Below are positions 20,636-30,305 of a stretch of 48,851 bases of DNA, one piece after another; position 1 is the stretch's first letter, and each line of letters starts with the position of its first letter. The notes under the pieces are model-generated. The model did no database searches, had not been told where the DNA came from, and saw only the letters and a program-made list of their open reading frames with translations. This stretch comes from Fidelibacterota bacterium (GTDB taxonomy: Bacteria; Fidelibacterota; Marinisomatia; Marinisomatales; UBA1611). The DNA is taken from contig JABHGY010000108.1 in the NCBI GenBank assembly GCA_018671775.1, positions 1 to 48,851 on the forward strand, given 5' to 3'. A program made the translations under genes and the position numbers.

Positions 20636-21529
20636 TTATTCTGAAAGAACTCGACGTAGAAAGCCCTCATTTTTTTCTAATTTCGCAATCGCATCTTTCG
20701 CCGAACATTGCATCAATCCCATAACGATAGCTGTTTTTACAGACATACCAGATTCTCTCAATAATTTCTCTGACTTCTTGGCCTCAAATCCCGTGATTTC
20801 AGAAATGATCCGTCTTCCTCTATCCAATAGTTTTTCATTCACGACTTGCAAATCTACCATCAAATTTCCCAATGTTTTTCCCATGCGAATCATCGTTGCT
20901 GTCGATATCATATTCAAAATCAATTTTGTAGCGGTTCCAGCTTTCATTCGAGTAGAACCAGTTACAACTTCTGGGCCAATATTGACCGCCATAAGCACAT
21001 CCGTTTTTGTTGCTCGATAAGGTGCTTTATTCGTTACTAAATAAGCTGTAAAAGCACCAAGAGACCGGGCATAGTCTAAAGCAGAAACCACATATTTCGC
21101 CGAACCACTACAAGATATACCCACCAATAAATCATGCTTAGAAAAATGACATTTTTTTAAATCTTGAATGGCATCTTCTGAACTATCTTCTGCCCCTTCG
21201 ATAGATCGAACCAATGCCTCTTCTCCCCCAGCGATAATGCCTTGAAACCATTCATGTGGCGCGGAGAAGGTTGGAGGGATTTCTGATGCATCCAATACGC
21301 CCAGTCGTCCGCTCGTACCTGCACCAATATAAAAAATGTGTCCACCTGCTTGCAATGCTTTTACCGCCAAATTGACCGTCGTTTCTATTTCGGGAATTAT
21401 GGATTGAATGGCCTTTGCGATCTTTTGATCTTCGCTGTTGATAATTGTCAAAATTTCCCCCACGGGCAGGGAATCAATTTCCATAGATAACGGATTTTGC
21501 ATTTCGCTTAAAAGATCTTTGCGTTTCAT
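20636..21529 (-). CDS. murQ: N-acetylmuramic acid 6-phosphate etherase
   Basis: GAGTSGRLGVLDASEIPPTF, GPEVVTGSTRMKAGTA. Confidence 0.95.
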   Translation of the reverse strand: MKRKDLLSEMQNPLSMEIDSLPVGEILTIINSEDQKIAKAIQSIIPEIETTVNLAVKALQAGGHIFYIGAGTSGRLGVLDASEIPPTFSAPHEWFQGIIAGGEEALVRSIEGAEDSSEDAIQDLKKCHFSKHDLLVGISCSGSAKYVVSALDYARSLGAFTAYLVTNKAPYRATKTDVLMAVNIGPEVVTGSTRMKAGTATKLILNMISTATMIRMGKTLGNLMVDLQVVNEKLLDRGRRIISEITGFEAKKSEKLLRESGMSVKTAIVMGLMQCSAKDAIAKLEKNEGFLRRVLSE

Positions 21530-21649
21530 AAGTTTCGTTTTATCTTTGAGGTTGAATCAAAATTTAAGCAGATTGTGTCTCAAGAATATGTGTCTTTTTA
21601 TTCTTTTTGATTTCATCTGAAGAGAAGGATTAAGTTCAGCCTACTCATT

Positions 21650-22543
21650 ATGAAGAAATGGCAAAACATTCATCTCGCTCTCCCTAATATCGATTTGGAG
21701 GAAGCATCCAATTATCTTTTGGAACTGGACGTTTTATCTGTATCTATTCTTCCCAAAGAAGGGACAAATCCTGAATTTGGATTCGATGAAGCGGGCGAAA
21801 ACATTTTCTTATCTTCAGAGAAAGATGTCCTATCATTTATCATCGATGAACATATTAATCCTAGCCCTATTCTTAAATCTTTAAGCAAAAAACTGTCTCT
21901 AGAAAATACACCTAAATTTAATCTTAGCATGATTGAAGATAGAGATTGGATAAAGCATACACAAAATCAATTTTCTGAAATAGTAATCAATGAGTCACTT
22001 CGAATTCTGCCACCTTGGGAGACAAAAAGTCCGTTTAATGGAGAATCTATTATCATCGAACCTGGATCTGCATTTGGAACAGGAGATCATCCAACGACTC
22101 ACTTATGCTTGGATTGGCTTTCAAAAAATATCAAGCCCGAGAATCATGTATTAGATTTCGGCTGTGGATCAGCCATCCTCTTGATTGCCGCACTTCAATT
22201 AGGCGCGGGTACGGGAACAGGCGTGGATATAGATCCGCTTGCTTTAGAAAATGCAAAACACAATTGTACACTCAATCAAGTAAACCCTACTTTATGTTTA
22301 TCGCAGGATTTTCACTCTGGACAATTTGATATTATTGTGGCAAATATACTTTGTAATCCACTGATTGCCCTCGCACCCTTGCTCGCTGAAAATTGTAATA
22401 CAAATGGACAGATTATTTTAGCTGGTATTTTAGAGCATCAAATATCTCAAGTCATTGATGCTTATAACCCTTATTTTTCTATAGAATTATTGGCGCAAAA
22501 AGAAGAATGGGTTTTACTTGGTGGAAAAAAGAAATCCAAATAA
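21650..22543 (+). CDS. prmA: Ribosomal protein L11 methyltransferase
   Basis: IEPGSAFGTGDHPTT, VLDFGCGSAIL, VANIL. Confidence 0.93.
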   Translation: MKKWQNIHLALPNIDLEEASNYLLELDVLSVSILPKEGTNPEFGFDEAGENIFLSSEKDVLSFIIDEHINPSPILKSLSKKLSLENTPKFNLSMIEDRDWIKHTQNQFSEIVINESLRILPPWETKSPFNGESIIIEPGSAFGTGDHPTTHLCLDWLSKNIKPENHVLDFGCGSAILLIAALQLGAGTGTGVDIDPLALENAKHNCTLNQVNPTLCLSQDFHSGQFDIIVANILCNPLIALAPLLAENCNTNGQIILAGILEHQISQVIDAYNPYFSIELLAQKEEWVLLGGKKKSK

Positions 22544-22545
22544 GT

Positions 22546-22719
22546 CTATTTATTCTTCTCTCGAAATTTCTTCCACGCCATAGCGCCACCGGCTCCGATT
22601 AAAAGTTTTAAGCCACCAATGGGTGCTTGAGTTGGTGCATTCGAAAAACCAACGCCTTGTGCCATCAGGATACTTGAAATTGAAATAAGTCCAATAATGA
22701 TTGTTGTGTATCTGTTCAT
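22546..22719 (-). CDS. 57-aa secreted peptide with PID-CTERM-like sorting tail
   Basis: Signal peptide MNRYTTIIIGLISISSILMA, short core QGVGFSNAPTQA, then PIGGLKLLIGAGGAMAW and basic KKFREKNK. Confidence 0.7.
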   Translation of the reverse strand: MNRYTTIIIGLISISSILMAQGVGFSNAPTQAPIGGLKLLIGAGGAMAWKKFREKNK

Positions 22720-22763
22720 AATTGTTTTTTCCAAATGCAACCTTTTGAAGGTTTATTCTGAGT

Positions 22764-25538
22764 TTATTTAATGTATGTGATTTTTTGTGTGAATGTCTTT
22801 TCTCCTGATTCCAATTTTATAAAATAAATTCCTGATGATTGATTCACTGGACTCCATTGTGCTTTGTGTTTACCTGCTTTCATTGGTTTATTTATCAGGG
22901 TTTCTACCAACCGTCCTTTGATATCAAAAACGCGTAGAGACGTTATTAATAACGTCTCGGTACCTGGGATATCAAACGAAATCATGGCGCTTGGATTAAA
23001 TGGGTTAGGATAAATGGGATATAATGAAAATTTTGCAGGTAACGAGATGTTATCGATTTTTATTTTCCCTTGCTGAGAAATGATATTCTCTCCATTTAGC
23101 ATTTTGTAATAAAGATTTAAAATTTCGATTTCAGAATCCATCTTGAATGAAATTGTATCTTGCTTAAACTCACCTGTTCTCGAAAATTCTACAATAGAAA
23201 ATCCTCTTTCTGGAGAGTCACTTGACATAAATAATTCGCCATCCTGATTTTGTTGAGGTGTAAATTGAATGCTTTGCTCACCGATATCGTAAGAAATCTG
23301 GATTTGTCCAGCTTGAATAGATTCGTCAATAATAATTGAAATATTGTCCTTTTTTTGGATCACTTCCAATGAGCGTCCAACTTGTGATTGCTCTTTTTCA
23401 ATCTGACCAAAATTCTTTTGATACCAAGACCACATTTGAACAAATGCCATGCCATCTTCTAAATCAAATTTGCTATCCAATGTTGATATAAAATGAGGTG
23501 CTTCTCCACTCACAGGAGCTAATTCAAAGTTAAAATCTTTTGCATTCCATCTGTTTAATAAAATATTTAAATCAATAAAAGATATCTTTGAATCTAAATT
23601 ATAATCACCCAACATTGGCGTTAGATAGGTATACGCTATGTCAACGGTCGTAAGGCCTGTTTCGTCTTCCAGATAGGTAAAGGATACGGTTATCGAATCG
23701 TAACTTGCAAACGGAGGTTTTAATAATATGCTTAAGCTTGAATCTGTTTTACTTGAATCAAAGCTTATCGAGTTCACATTAAAAGCGGATATGGAAAAAT
23801 TCAATGAATCAATCTTTTCATTAAATAAAAATGTAATAGGCCTATTTTCCATAAGAACAATAAATGAATCGATTGGGAAAGAAATTGATTCCACGCTAGG
23901 AGGAAGTATATCATATAATTGAGTTGTATCGACAATGGTAGTATTACTCACCAATTGATTGCCAGCTTCGTCAAATATCTCAACATCTGCTTTGGTCTTT
24001 AGAATGAATTTTTCATTTCCATTGGGCGTATGATTATAATTAAAATTCATTCTAATTTGATTCTCTCCTCCATTCAAAAAATTACTATCTGTGCGTGTCA
24101 AACTCGTAATCACCATGGTATCAGAAAGACTTTTATTCGAAAAATATTCTATCTCAAAATTGTTTTTAGTGATGGACTCCGTCCCGACATTTGTCCCAAA
24201 TATTGTATCATCAAAAATCAAATCTAAATAGGAGTTGTTTAATGCAAAATTTACTGAATCTAAAGCTGGAGCTAAGTAATCTCTGACTGTAAATAATTGG
24301 CTTGAATTAAATTCAACACTAACATTATTTTCATCTGCCAAAACAGCATTAAACGAGAAATAAATAGTTGTTTCACTTTCAAATATTTCTGTAGGAAAAA
24401 GCGCTATTGAAGGTGGATCCCCTTCCATGGTTAAAGTAAAAGGAATATCGGGGCCCGAGATATCATTATATTTTAGTATGATATAGGACATCAAATGTTC
24501 AGCTTCCACAACAATTTCCGTATCTGGGATATATAATGTTTCACTAAAACTCATGGTAATTGAATCATTTTCCATCGCGCCATTTTCAGGTATCACAAAA
24601 TCAATATCAGGAGGAACGGCATCACTCAAATTGAATGTTATTCCATCCACATCGAGAAGCGGAATTCCTATGCTATTGAAAATTGAAGAGACCGAAGCTG
24701 GTCCGATTGTAACAGATTCTGAGCCACTAGGCAGATTGGGGTACTCTATATTGATGATAACTGATTCATCGCCACTCACAAGATCATCTCCTGTTAATGA
24801 TGTGAGAGAGCTTATATTTGCTTCTGTGGCATTGCCTCCATTCGGGTTGATTGTTAAACTATAATCATCATTATCTAAAGGTGGTCCATTTCCGCTGTAC
24901 ACCTCTTGGTAATCGCCACCATAAACACCTTCGCTAAAATAATAATTTATATTCGAAAAATCTTCTGATAAAGATGTAGAATCTACAGTGAGCGCTAAAC
25001 CAAAAGAGGTTTTCACACTGCCAGTATTTCCTCCACGATCGTCCACAACAATGTAATATGTTCCTGCCTCAAGTATCAATTTGGGAAGCATATTGGCATA
25101 ATAGGGGGCGGACTCAAAACCTGAAATACATTCAAACGCATAAGTCTCAGACGAACCATCTGGATAGAGAATTTCTGTATTAGAATCATCCTGATAAAAC
25201 GCCCAAGATGCCATATCGCAATCAACTGTAAATAAAGCAATATGAACATCTACATCTGTTTCAGAATCACAGGTTGTGATATAGATTGTTGAAGTTTCGC
25301 TTAAGGATAATTTGTATGTATAATCTGTTCCATCCGAATTATTAATATTTCCTGGATTGCCGTCAATACCTGGAAATGCCCTAAAGTCCCAATCATTATC
25401 GTCAACGGTAAGGTCCGCTAAATGATTAAATGGGAAGTCAACTTCAGTAAGTTCTGTATCAAAGCACTGAGCAAATGTCACCTTCGGAACGGACATTAAT
25501 ATTAAGACAAATAATGGATAAACTATTTTATTCCACAT
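22764..25538 (-). CDS. Large acidic surface protein: PPC-like domain, Ig-like repeats, dockerin-like motif, T9SS type A-like CTD
   Basis: Signal peptide; LEAGTYYIVVD; GDYNLDSKISFIDL and DSKFDLEDG motifs; C-terminal YPNPFNP...SSGIYFIKL...KITYIK. Confidence 0.82.
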   Translation of the reverse strand: MWNKIVYPLFVLILMSVPKVTFAQCFDTELTEVDFPFNHLADLTVDDNDWDFRAFPGIDGNPGNINNSDGTDYTYKLSLSETSTIYITTCDSETDVDVHIALFTVDCDMASWAFYQDDSNTEILYPDGSSETYAFECISGFESAPYYANMLPKLILEAGTYYIVVDDRGGNTGSVKTSFGLALTVDSTSLSEDFSNINYYFSEGVYGGDYQEVYSGNGPPLDNDDYSLTINPNGGNATEANISSLTSLTGDDLVSGDESVIINIEYPNLPSGSESVTIGPASVSSIFNSIGIPLLDVDGITFNLSDAVPPDIDFVIPENGAMENDSITMSFSETLYIPDTEIVVEAEHLMSYIILKYNDISGPDIPFTLTMEGDPPSIALFPTEIFESETTIYFSFNAVLADENNVSVEFNSSQLFTVRDYLAPALDSVNFALNNSYLDLIFDDTIFGTNVGTESITKNNFEIEYFSNKSLSDTMVITSLTRTDSNFLNGGENQIRMNFNYNHTPNGNEKFILKTKADVEIFDEAGNQLVSNTTIVDTTQLYDILPPSVESISFPIDSFIVLMENRPITFLFNEKIDSLNFSISAFNVNSISFDSSKTDSSLSILLKPPFASYDSITVSFTYLEDETGLTTVDIAYTYLTPMLGDYNLDSKISFIDLNILLNRWNAKDFNFELAPVSGEAPHFISTLDSKFDLEDGMAFVQMWSWYQKNFGQIEKEQSQVGRSLEVIQKKDNISIIIDESIQAGQIQISYDIGEQSIQFTPQQNQDGELFMSSDSPERGFSIVEFSRTGEFKQDTISFKMDSEIEILNLYYKMLNGENIISQQGKIKIDNISLPAKFSLYPIYPNPFNPSAMISFDIPGTETLLITSLRVFDIKGRLVETLINKPMKAGKHKAQWSPVNQSSGIYFIKLESGEKTFTQKITYIK

Positions 25539-26091
25539 TAATTAACCCTATTCCATAGCTTTTTATATGGGCAGAATCATTTTTCGCATCTCGAAGTTTG
25601 GTGTTTTTTCCATAAAGCAATTCCGAATTTCCTGTGGAAATAGCCGTTAAATGAATCGTTGCCAAAGACCAAGTTCCCCCATCATTTTGATCCATCTCAA
25701 TGTCAGGTAATAAATATATAAGAATATCAAGAACCCCTTGCTCATTCTCCACAATTTGAATGGGGCTATTTTGACTTTGGAAAAATTCTCCCGCAGTCAC
25801 TGAATCAACCCTTACGCTTCCCCAATCATATCGGATATCTAATTGAGCCGCAGCCGATGGATTTAGTTTTAACCCATAAAGCTGAACAGATATTGAAGAA
25901 TTTAATTGTGTATTTATTTCTGCAGGATGGAAAAAAAGTGCCGGTGCTTCCAAATCCATATTCTCAGGATCAAATGGATTATTTAAAACATAGTTCGCTT
26001 CATCACATGAAAGAATCAAAAATAAGCAACAAAGAAAAAGTTTATGAACTATTTTCTTAAAAACGATAATTGAATTGTATTTTATTCGCAT
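25528..26091 (-). CDS. Lipoprotein with cohesin-like domain
   Basis: Lipobox LILSC; beta-sandwich pattern ALFFHP...ISVQL...AAQLDIRYD...VDSVTAGEFF...LATIHLTAISTGNSEL...LRD. Start uncertain. Confidence 0.68.
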   Translation of the reverse strand: MRIKYNSIIVFKKIVHKLFLCCLFLILSCDEANYVLNNPFDPENMDLEAPALFFHPAEINTQLNSSISVQLYGLKLNPSAAAQLDIRYDWGSVRVDSVTAGEFFQSQNSPIQIVENEQGVLDILIYLLPDIEMDQNDGGTWSLATIHLTAISTGNSELLYGKNTKLRDAKNDSAHIKSYGIGLINVE

Positions 26092-27076
26092 CAGGTTTGT
26101 ATTCAAAATCAAAATAATAGTCTCCATCAAAAAAATCATCATTTGGTGCAACAATATAGGCATGAGCCATATTTATAACCCAAATCAATGCACCTATATT
26201 TCGAACATTTTTCATAAATAAATTGTATTTTTTTGTATCAGAAACATACTGAATAATTTGAGGGCGTAATTCTAATAAATTGTGTGGATCAGTTTCGATT
26301 TGGTAAGATTGATATGTTTCTTGAAATCCTCCCCAAGCAATATCATATTGATAATAAGCTATCAAAGTGCTTACTCCGAGAATCGCTTCTATACTCATGA
26401 ATGTATATCCATGAAATTTTCGTTTTGCCCAAATTTGTCCGCTACCTGGTAGCGCGGTGGACATCATAAGTGCTTTAATTTTACTGGGTATTGGAGGCAG
26501 TTGAGGCCATATCCGTTTACGAATTATTTTTTTGGACACGGCGACTTGAGATGTATCTGATTCTACAGACAGATTATCTGGAATTGGTAAACCACTTACA
26601 TCATAAGCCATTTTTTTCATATCTAGCAAAAGGCTATCAGAAGCGCCTGAACTATTTATGGAAAATTCATTGACCATCGTTTCCAAATCAACGGAAAACA
26701 ATCTACCATTGATTAAAAATTCATCATCCCCGTTCTGTTCAATTTTTCCTGCGATAATATAATTTACGTTTAATTTTTTCCCGAGATCAATGGCGCACCC
26801 TTCACTTAAACATGACCAATAATCTTTTTTATTTGGATTTAAAATACTGAACTGATTACTGATACCTTTATTTTGGACTCTATAAACTTTCAGATCTCGG
26901 ATTGTCTTCCTGAATTCCTCTGTGAGGAATAATCTTAACGGCTCAGAAAGACCCTCTCCACTAAATTCTAACACAGCAAGTTTGCTACCTGTATTCAAGT
27001 AAACCGATTTACTAATCTCACTCGCAAAGCAAAGATTTATAAATTGAAAAATGATGATAGCTCGAATGATGGACAT
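26057..27076 (-). CDS. Secreted protein with CsgG/TolB-N-like domain and DUF5683-like C-terminal region
   Basis: LAVLEF...CLSEGCAIDLGKKLNVNYIIAGKI; KALMMSTALPGSGQIW; ends KIQFNYRF. Confidence 0.65.
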   Translation of the reverse strand: MSIIRAIIIFQFINLCFASEISKSVYLNTGSKLAVLEFSGEGLSEPLRLFLTEEFRKTIRDLKVYRVQNKGISNQFSILNPNKKDYWSCLSEGCAIDLGKKLNVNYIIAGKIEQNGDDEFLINGRLFSVDLETMVNEFSINSSGASDSLLLDMKKMAYDVSGLPIPDNLSVESDTSQVAVSKKIIRKRIWPQLPPIPSKIKALMMSTALPGSGQIWAKRKFHGYTFMSIEAILGVSTLIAYYQYDIAWGGFQETYQSYQIETDPHNLLELRPQIIQYVSDTKKYNLFMKNVRNIGALIWVINMAHAYIVAPNDDFFDGDYYFDFEYKPDANKIQFNYRF

Positions 27077-27165
27077 GAATGAAAAAGAGAGGATATTTTT
27101 CCTCGCTATTGTAAAGTTACGCCGTTTCTTGAATCCATTGCAAATAAATCGAAAAAAGGATATAT

Positions 27166-27666
27166 CTAAAATTGTTTGAGCGGATTGTCTCGCATCATTT
27201 GTTCAATAAAATTTTTGCTTTCTTGATGAATGGCCCTTTCTACATCTCCATATAAATTCTGACTTGTGGATTGTCCCAATATTTCATGAGAATAGATTTT
27301 AGATGTCATCACTTTTTTAGGTAAAAGAATTTTTCCTTTTGGTTTTGAATACCCTTCTGCAGAGATAGAAAAATCATAAACTGAAAAAATAACCAAAAAT
27401 GATGAGATCTCATCAACTCTTGAATCAATAATTTGTATATCTACACGTAAGATAGGTATCTGCTCATCTTCTATTTTTATATTATATTTTAACAAACGGA
27501 GTTCGAGTATTTGAGCAATACGTTTCTCCCATGTCAAATCTGCTACACCCTTCAACTTGATTTCTAAGTTTAAATCGTCAATCCCTTTTAGATTCCCATC
27601 GAACCATTTATCTTTAGCCAAAATATTCGAGAATAATAAAAATAATAATATCAATTCTTTCTTCAT
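27166..27666 (-). CDS. Secreted hypothetical protein
   Basis: Signal peptide MKKELILLFLLFSNILA; 166-aa ORF co-oriented with neighbours. Confidence 0.7.
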   Translation of the reverse strand: MKKELILLFLLFSNILAKDKWFDGNLKGIDDLNLEIKLKGVADLTWEKRIAQILELRLLKYNIKIEDEQIPILRVDIQIIDSRVDEISSFLVIFSVYDFSISAEGYSKPKGKILLPKKVMTSKIYSHEILGQSTSQNLYGDVERAIHQESKNFIEQMMRDNPLKQF

Positions 27667-27681
27667 AGGAAAAATTTAATC

Positions 27682-29046
27682 TTATTTTTCTTTGCTTTTA
27701 GAAAAATACCGACGCGTTTCTGCCATCACTTTGGGAGATAATAAAATTGCCGATATCATAGTCGGAATTGCCATTAAGGCAAACATGCCATCAATGAGAT
27801 TAATGGCTATATCAATAGAAATGACCGATGCCAAAACGATGGTGGCAAGGTAAAACCAATTATAAATGGGTTTTGCCTTCGTGCCAAAAAGATAACTTGT
27901 GCATTTCCGTCCGTAGTAAGAATATCCAAACATGGTGGATAAACTAAAGCTTAATACAGCCACAAATATTATCACTTGACCGAACAAACCCAATTCACTT
28001 TTGAATGCCATGGTGGTTAGGGTTACTCCATTATCTCCACCGTAATCCACGCCAGAAGCTAAAATGACAAATGCGGTAATCGAACACACGACGATGGTAT
28101 CAATAAAAGGACCTAACATGGCAACCAATCCTTCTCGGACGGGCTCTTTGGTTTTGGCTGCACCATGCGCCATAGCTTCCGTCCCAATCCCAGCTTCATT
28201 CGAAAATGCAGCGCGCTTAATGCCTACAATAATGATGGAACCCAACGCACCGCCCAAAACGGCATCTCCCGTAAAGGCATCCTGAAAAATTGATGCAATA
28301 ATAGCCGGAATATCTGAAATATGATTGACGAGAATAATCATGGCGGCAAAAAGATAGATGGCAACCATAAAAGGAACCAACCGTGAAGCAACTTTTCCAA
28401 TTCGCTTAATTCCGCCCAAAATCACCAAGGATACAATCAATGCAGTCATTAGTCCCGTAAGCGTGTCGCCAAGCATAGGATTATCCAAAAATAATTCATT
28501 CGGTCTATAAAATAAATCTCGAATTATTTGTGCCAATTGGTTTGCTTGAAAAAGGACAAAACAGCCAAATAATCCCGCAACGCTAAACAAGATGGCTAAG
28601 GGACGAAAAGCTTTTCCCAATCCTTCTTCAATAACATACATGGGACCACCTTGCACTTCACCTCGGTCATCTTTCCCTCGATACATAATACTTAGAGTGC
28701 AGGTAAAATATTTCGTGGACATACCAATAATCGCAGAAAGCCACATCCAAAATAAAGCACCTGGGCCACCCGTGTGAATCGCCAAAGCGACACCACCGAT
28801 ATTTCCCATTCCAACAGTACTTGCGAGCGCAGAGGATAAAGCTTCAAAATGTGAAATTTGTCCAGGATCATTTTCATCATCATATTTCCCTTGCAAAATT
28901 TTAATCGCATGAGGAAAATGTCGAAAGGGGATAAAACGACTGTATATCGTAAAAAATATTCCACCGCCCACCAATAGGATGATGAGAGGTGTCCCCCACA
29001 TAAACCCTGAAAAAGCAGACATGGCGCTATCTATAAATTGTAGCAT
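27682..29046 (-). CDS. Alanine/glycine:cation symporter (AGCS family)
   Basis: STVGMGNIGGVA, GGPGALFWMW, GGPMY, FSNEAGIG. Confidence 0.94.
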   Translation of the reverse strand: MLQFIDSAMSAFSGFMWGTPLIILLVGGGIFFTIYSRFIPFRHFPHAIKILQGKYDDENDPGQISHFEALSSALASTVGMGNIGGVALAIHTGGPGALFWMWLSAIIGMSTKYFTCTLSIMYRGKDDRGEVQGGPMYVIEEGLGKAFRPLAILFSVAGLFGCFVLFQANQLAQIIRDLFYRPNELFLDNPMLGDTLTGLMTALIVSLVILGGIKRIGKVASRLVPFMVAIYLFAAMIILVNHISDIPAIIASIFQDAFTGDAVLGGALGSIIIVGIKRAAFSNEAGIGTEAMAHGAAKTKEPVREGLVAMLGPFIDTIVVCSITAFVILASGVDYGGDNGVTLTTMAFKSELGLFGQVIIFVAVLSFSLSTMFGYSYYGRKCTSYLFGTKAKPIYNWFYLATIVLASVISIDIAINLIDGMFALMAIPTMISAILLSPKVMAETRRYFSKSKEK

Positions 29047-29139
29047 ATTTATGGACTCTCTTTCATATAATTGTGCATATTTATTTATAAAATATAGGCA
29101 ATATCCTAAAATACCATGCTTATTTTCTTTATTGATTTT

Positions 29140-30231
29140 ATGAAAAAATTCGACTTATATCTCCTACGACAGTTTTTCGGCATTTTTCTCATGGCGCTCC
29201 TGGGCTTTGTGAGCATTTTTATTATCGTGGACCTCATCGAAAATCTAGATCGATTTATTGACAATCATGTTCCATGGCCTATCGTAGGCTCTTATTATTT
29301 TTATTCTTTCCCCTGGTTTGTGAGCATCGCTCTACCCATGTCCGTCCTGATTGCTACTGTATTTAGTGTTGGCGGATTTGTCAAACGAAATGAATGGACA
29401 GCCATGAAATCATCTGGTATTTCACTCTATCGTCTCGCCCTCCCTTTATTTATTGTTGGATCAATAATAAGCATCGGATCTTTTATTTTAGACAACGAAT
29501 GGGTGTCTTGGGGAAATGAAAAACGATTTGAGATTGATCGCGATCATGTAAAACGGCGTTCAAGACATAAATTAAAAAATGTATTGAATAATATTTTTCT
29601 ACAAAAAAATTCGGATGCACATATTTCTCTTGCGAAATTTCGAATAGATAAAAAAAGAGGCAATGATTTAGCCATTGTTCAATTGCATGAAAAAGCTATC
29701 AAACAACGAATTGATGCAAAACACATTATTTGGAATCAAGATGTATCCCTCTGGCAGATTAAAGATTATTCTATTCGTTCTTTTTCTTTAGATGGAAAAG
29801 AAACAGCCGTCGTGATTTCAAAAAAAGATACGATTATTTCTTTGGGCTTTTCACCCCAAGATATTCAAAAGCAAGCGCGATCGCCTGAAGAATTAGACTA
29901 TTTTGAATTAACAAGTCGTATTGCTCAACTCAAATCTAATGGGGTAGATACGCTTCGATGGGAAGTGATTCGATATATGAAAATATCTTTTTCATTCACC
30001 TCATTGATTCTCATTTTGTTCGGTATTCCCCTGGTCGTTTTTAAGGAAGATAATAGTTTATCTTTCGGCGCTGGGATGAGCGTATTCGTTATTTTTTCTT
30101 ATTACGCATTTATTAAGTTTGGACAATCATTGGGATTTAATGGCATTTTAGAACCAATCCTCTCCGCTTGGCTTGGAAATATTCTCTTTTTCGCAGGTGG
30201 ATCTTTTTTATTGCTAAGGGCTAAAAAATAA
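29140..30231 (+). CDS. LptF/LptG-family LPS export permease
   Basis: NEWTAMKSSGISL motif; three N-terminal and three C-terminal TM segments around a periplasmic domain. Confidence 0.9.
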   Translation: MKKFDLYLLRQFFGIFLMALLGFVSIFIIVDLIENLDRFIDNHVPWPIVGSYYFYSFPWFVSIALPMSVLIATVFSVGGFVKRNEWTAMKSSGISLYRLALPLFIVGSIISIGSFILDNEWVSWGNEKRFEIDRDHVKRRSRHKLKNVLNNIFLQKNSDAHISLAKFRIDKKRGNDLAIVQLHEKAIKQRIDAKHIIWNQDVSLWQIKDYSIRSFSLDGKETAVVISKKDTIISLGFSPQDIQKQARSPEELDYFELTSRIAQLKSNGVDTLRWEVIRYMKISFSFTSLILILFGIPLVVFKEDNSLSFGAGMSVFVIFSYYAFIKFGQSLGFNGILEPILSAWLGNILFFAGGSFLLLRAKK

Positions 30232-30305
30232 CGTTGAGAATTATCTTTCTAAAATTTTGAAAATATATCTGGAAACAACTTAAAGCTTGAGGGACTATCC
30301 ATAAA

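Noticed and set aside
22764-26091. True cellulosome
   Set aside because: No glycoside hydrolase, carbohydrate-binding module or multi-cohesin scaffoldin is recognisable
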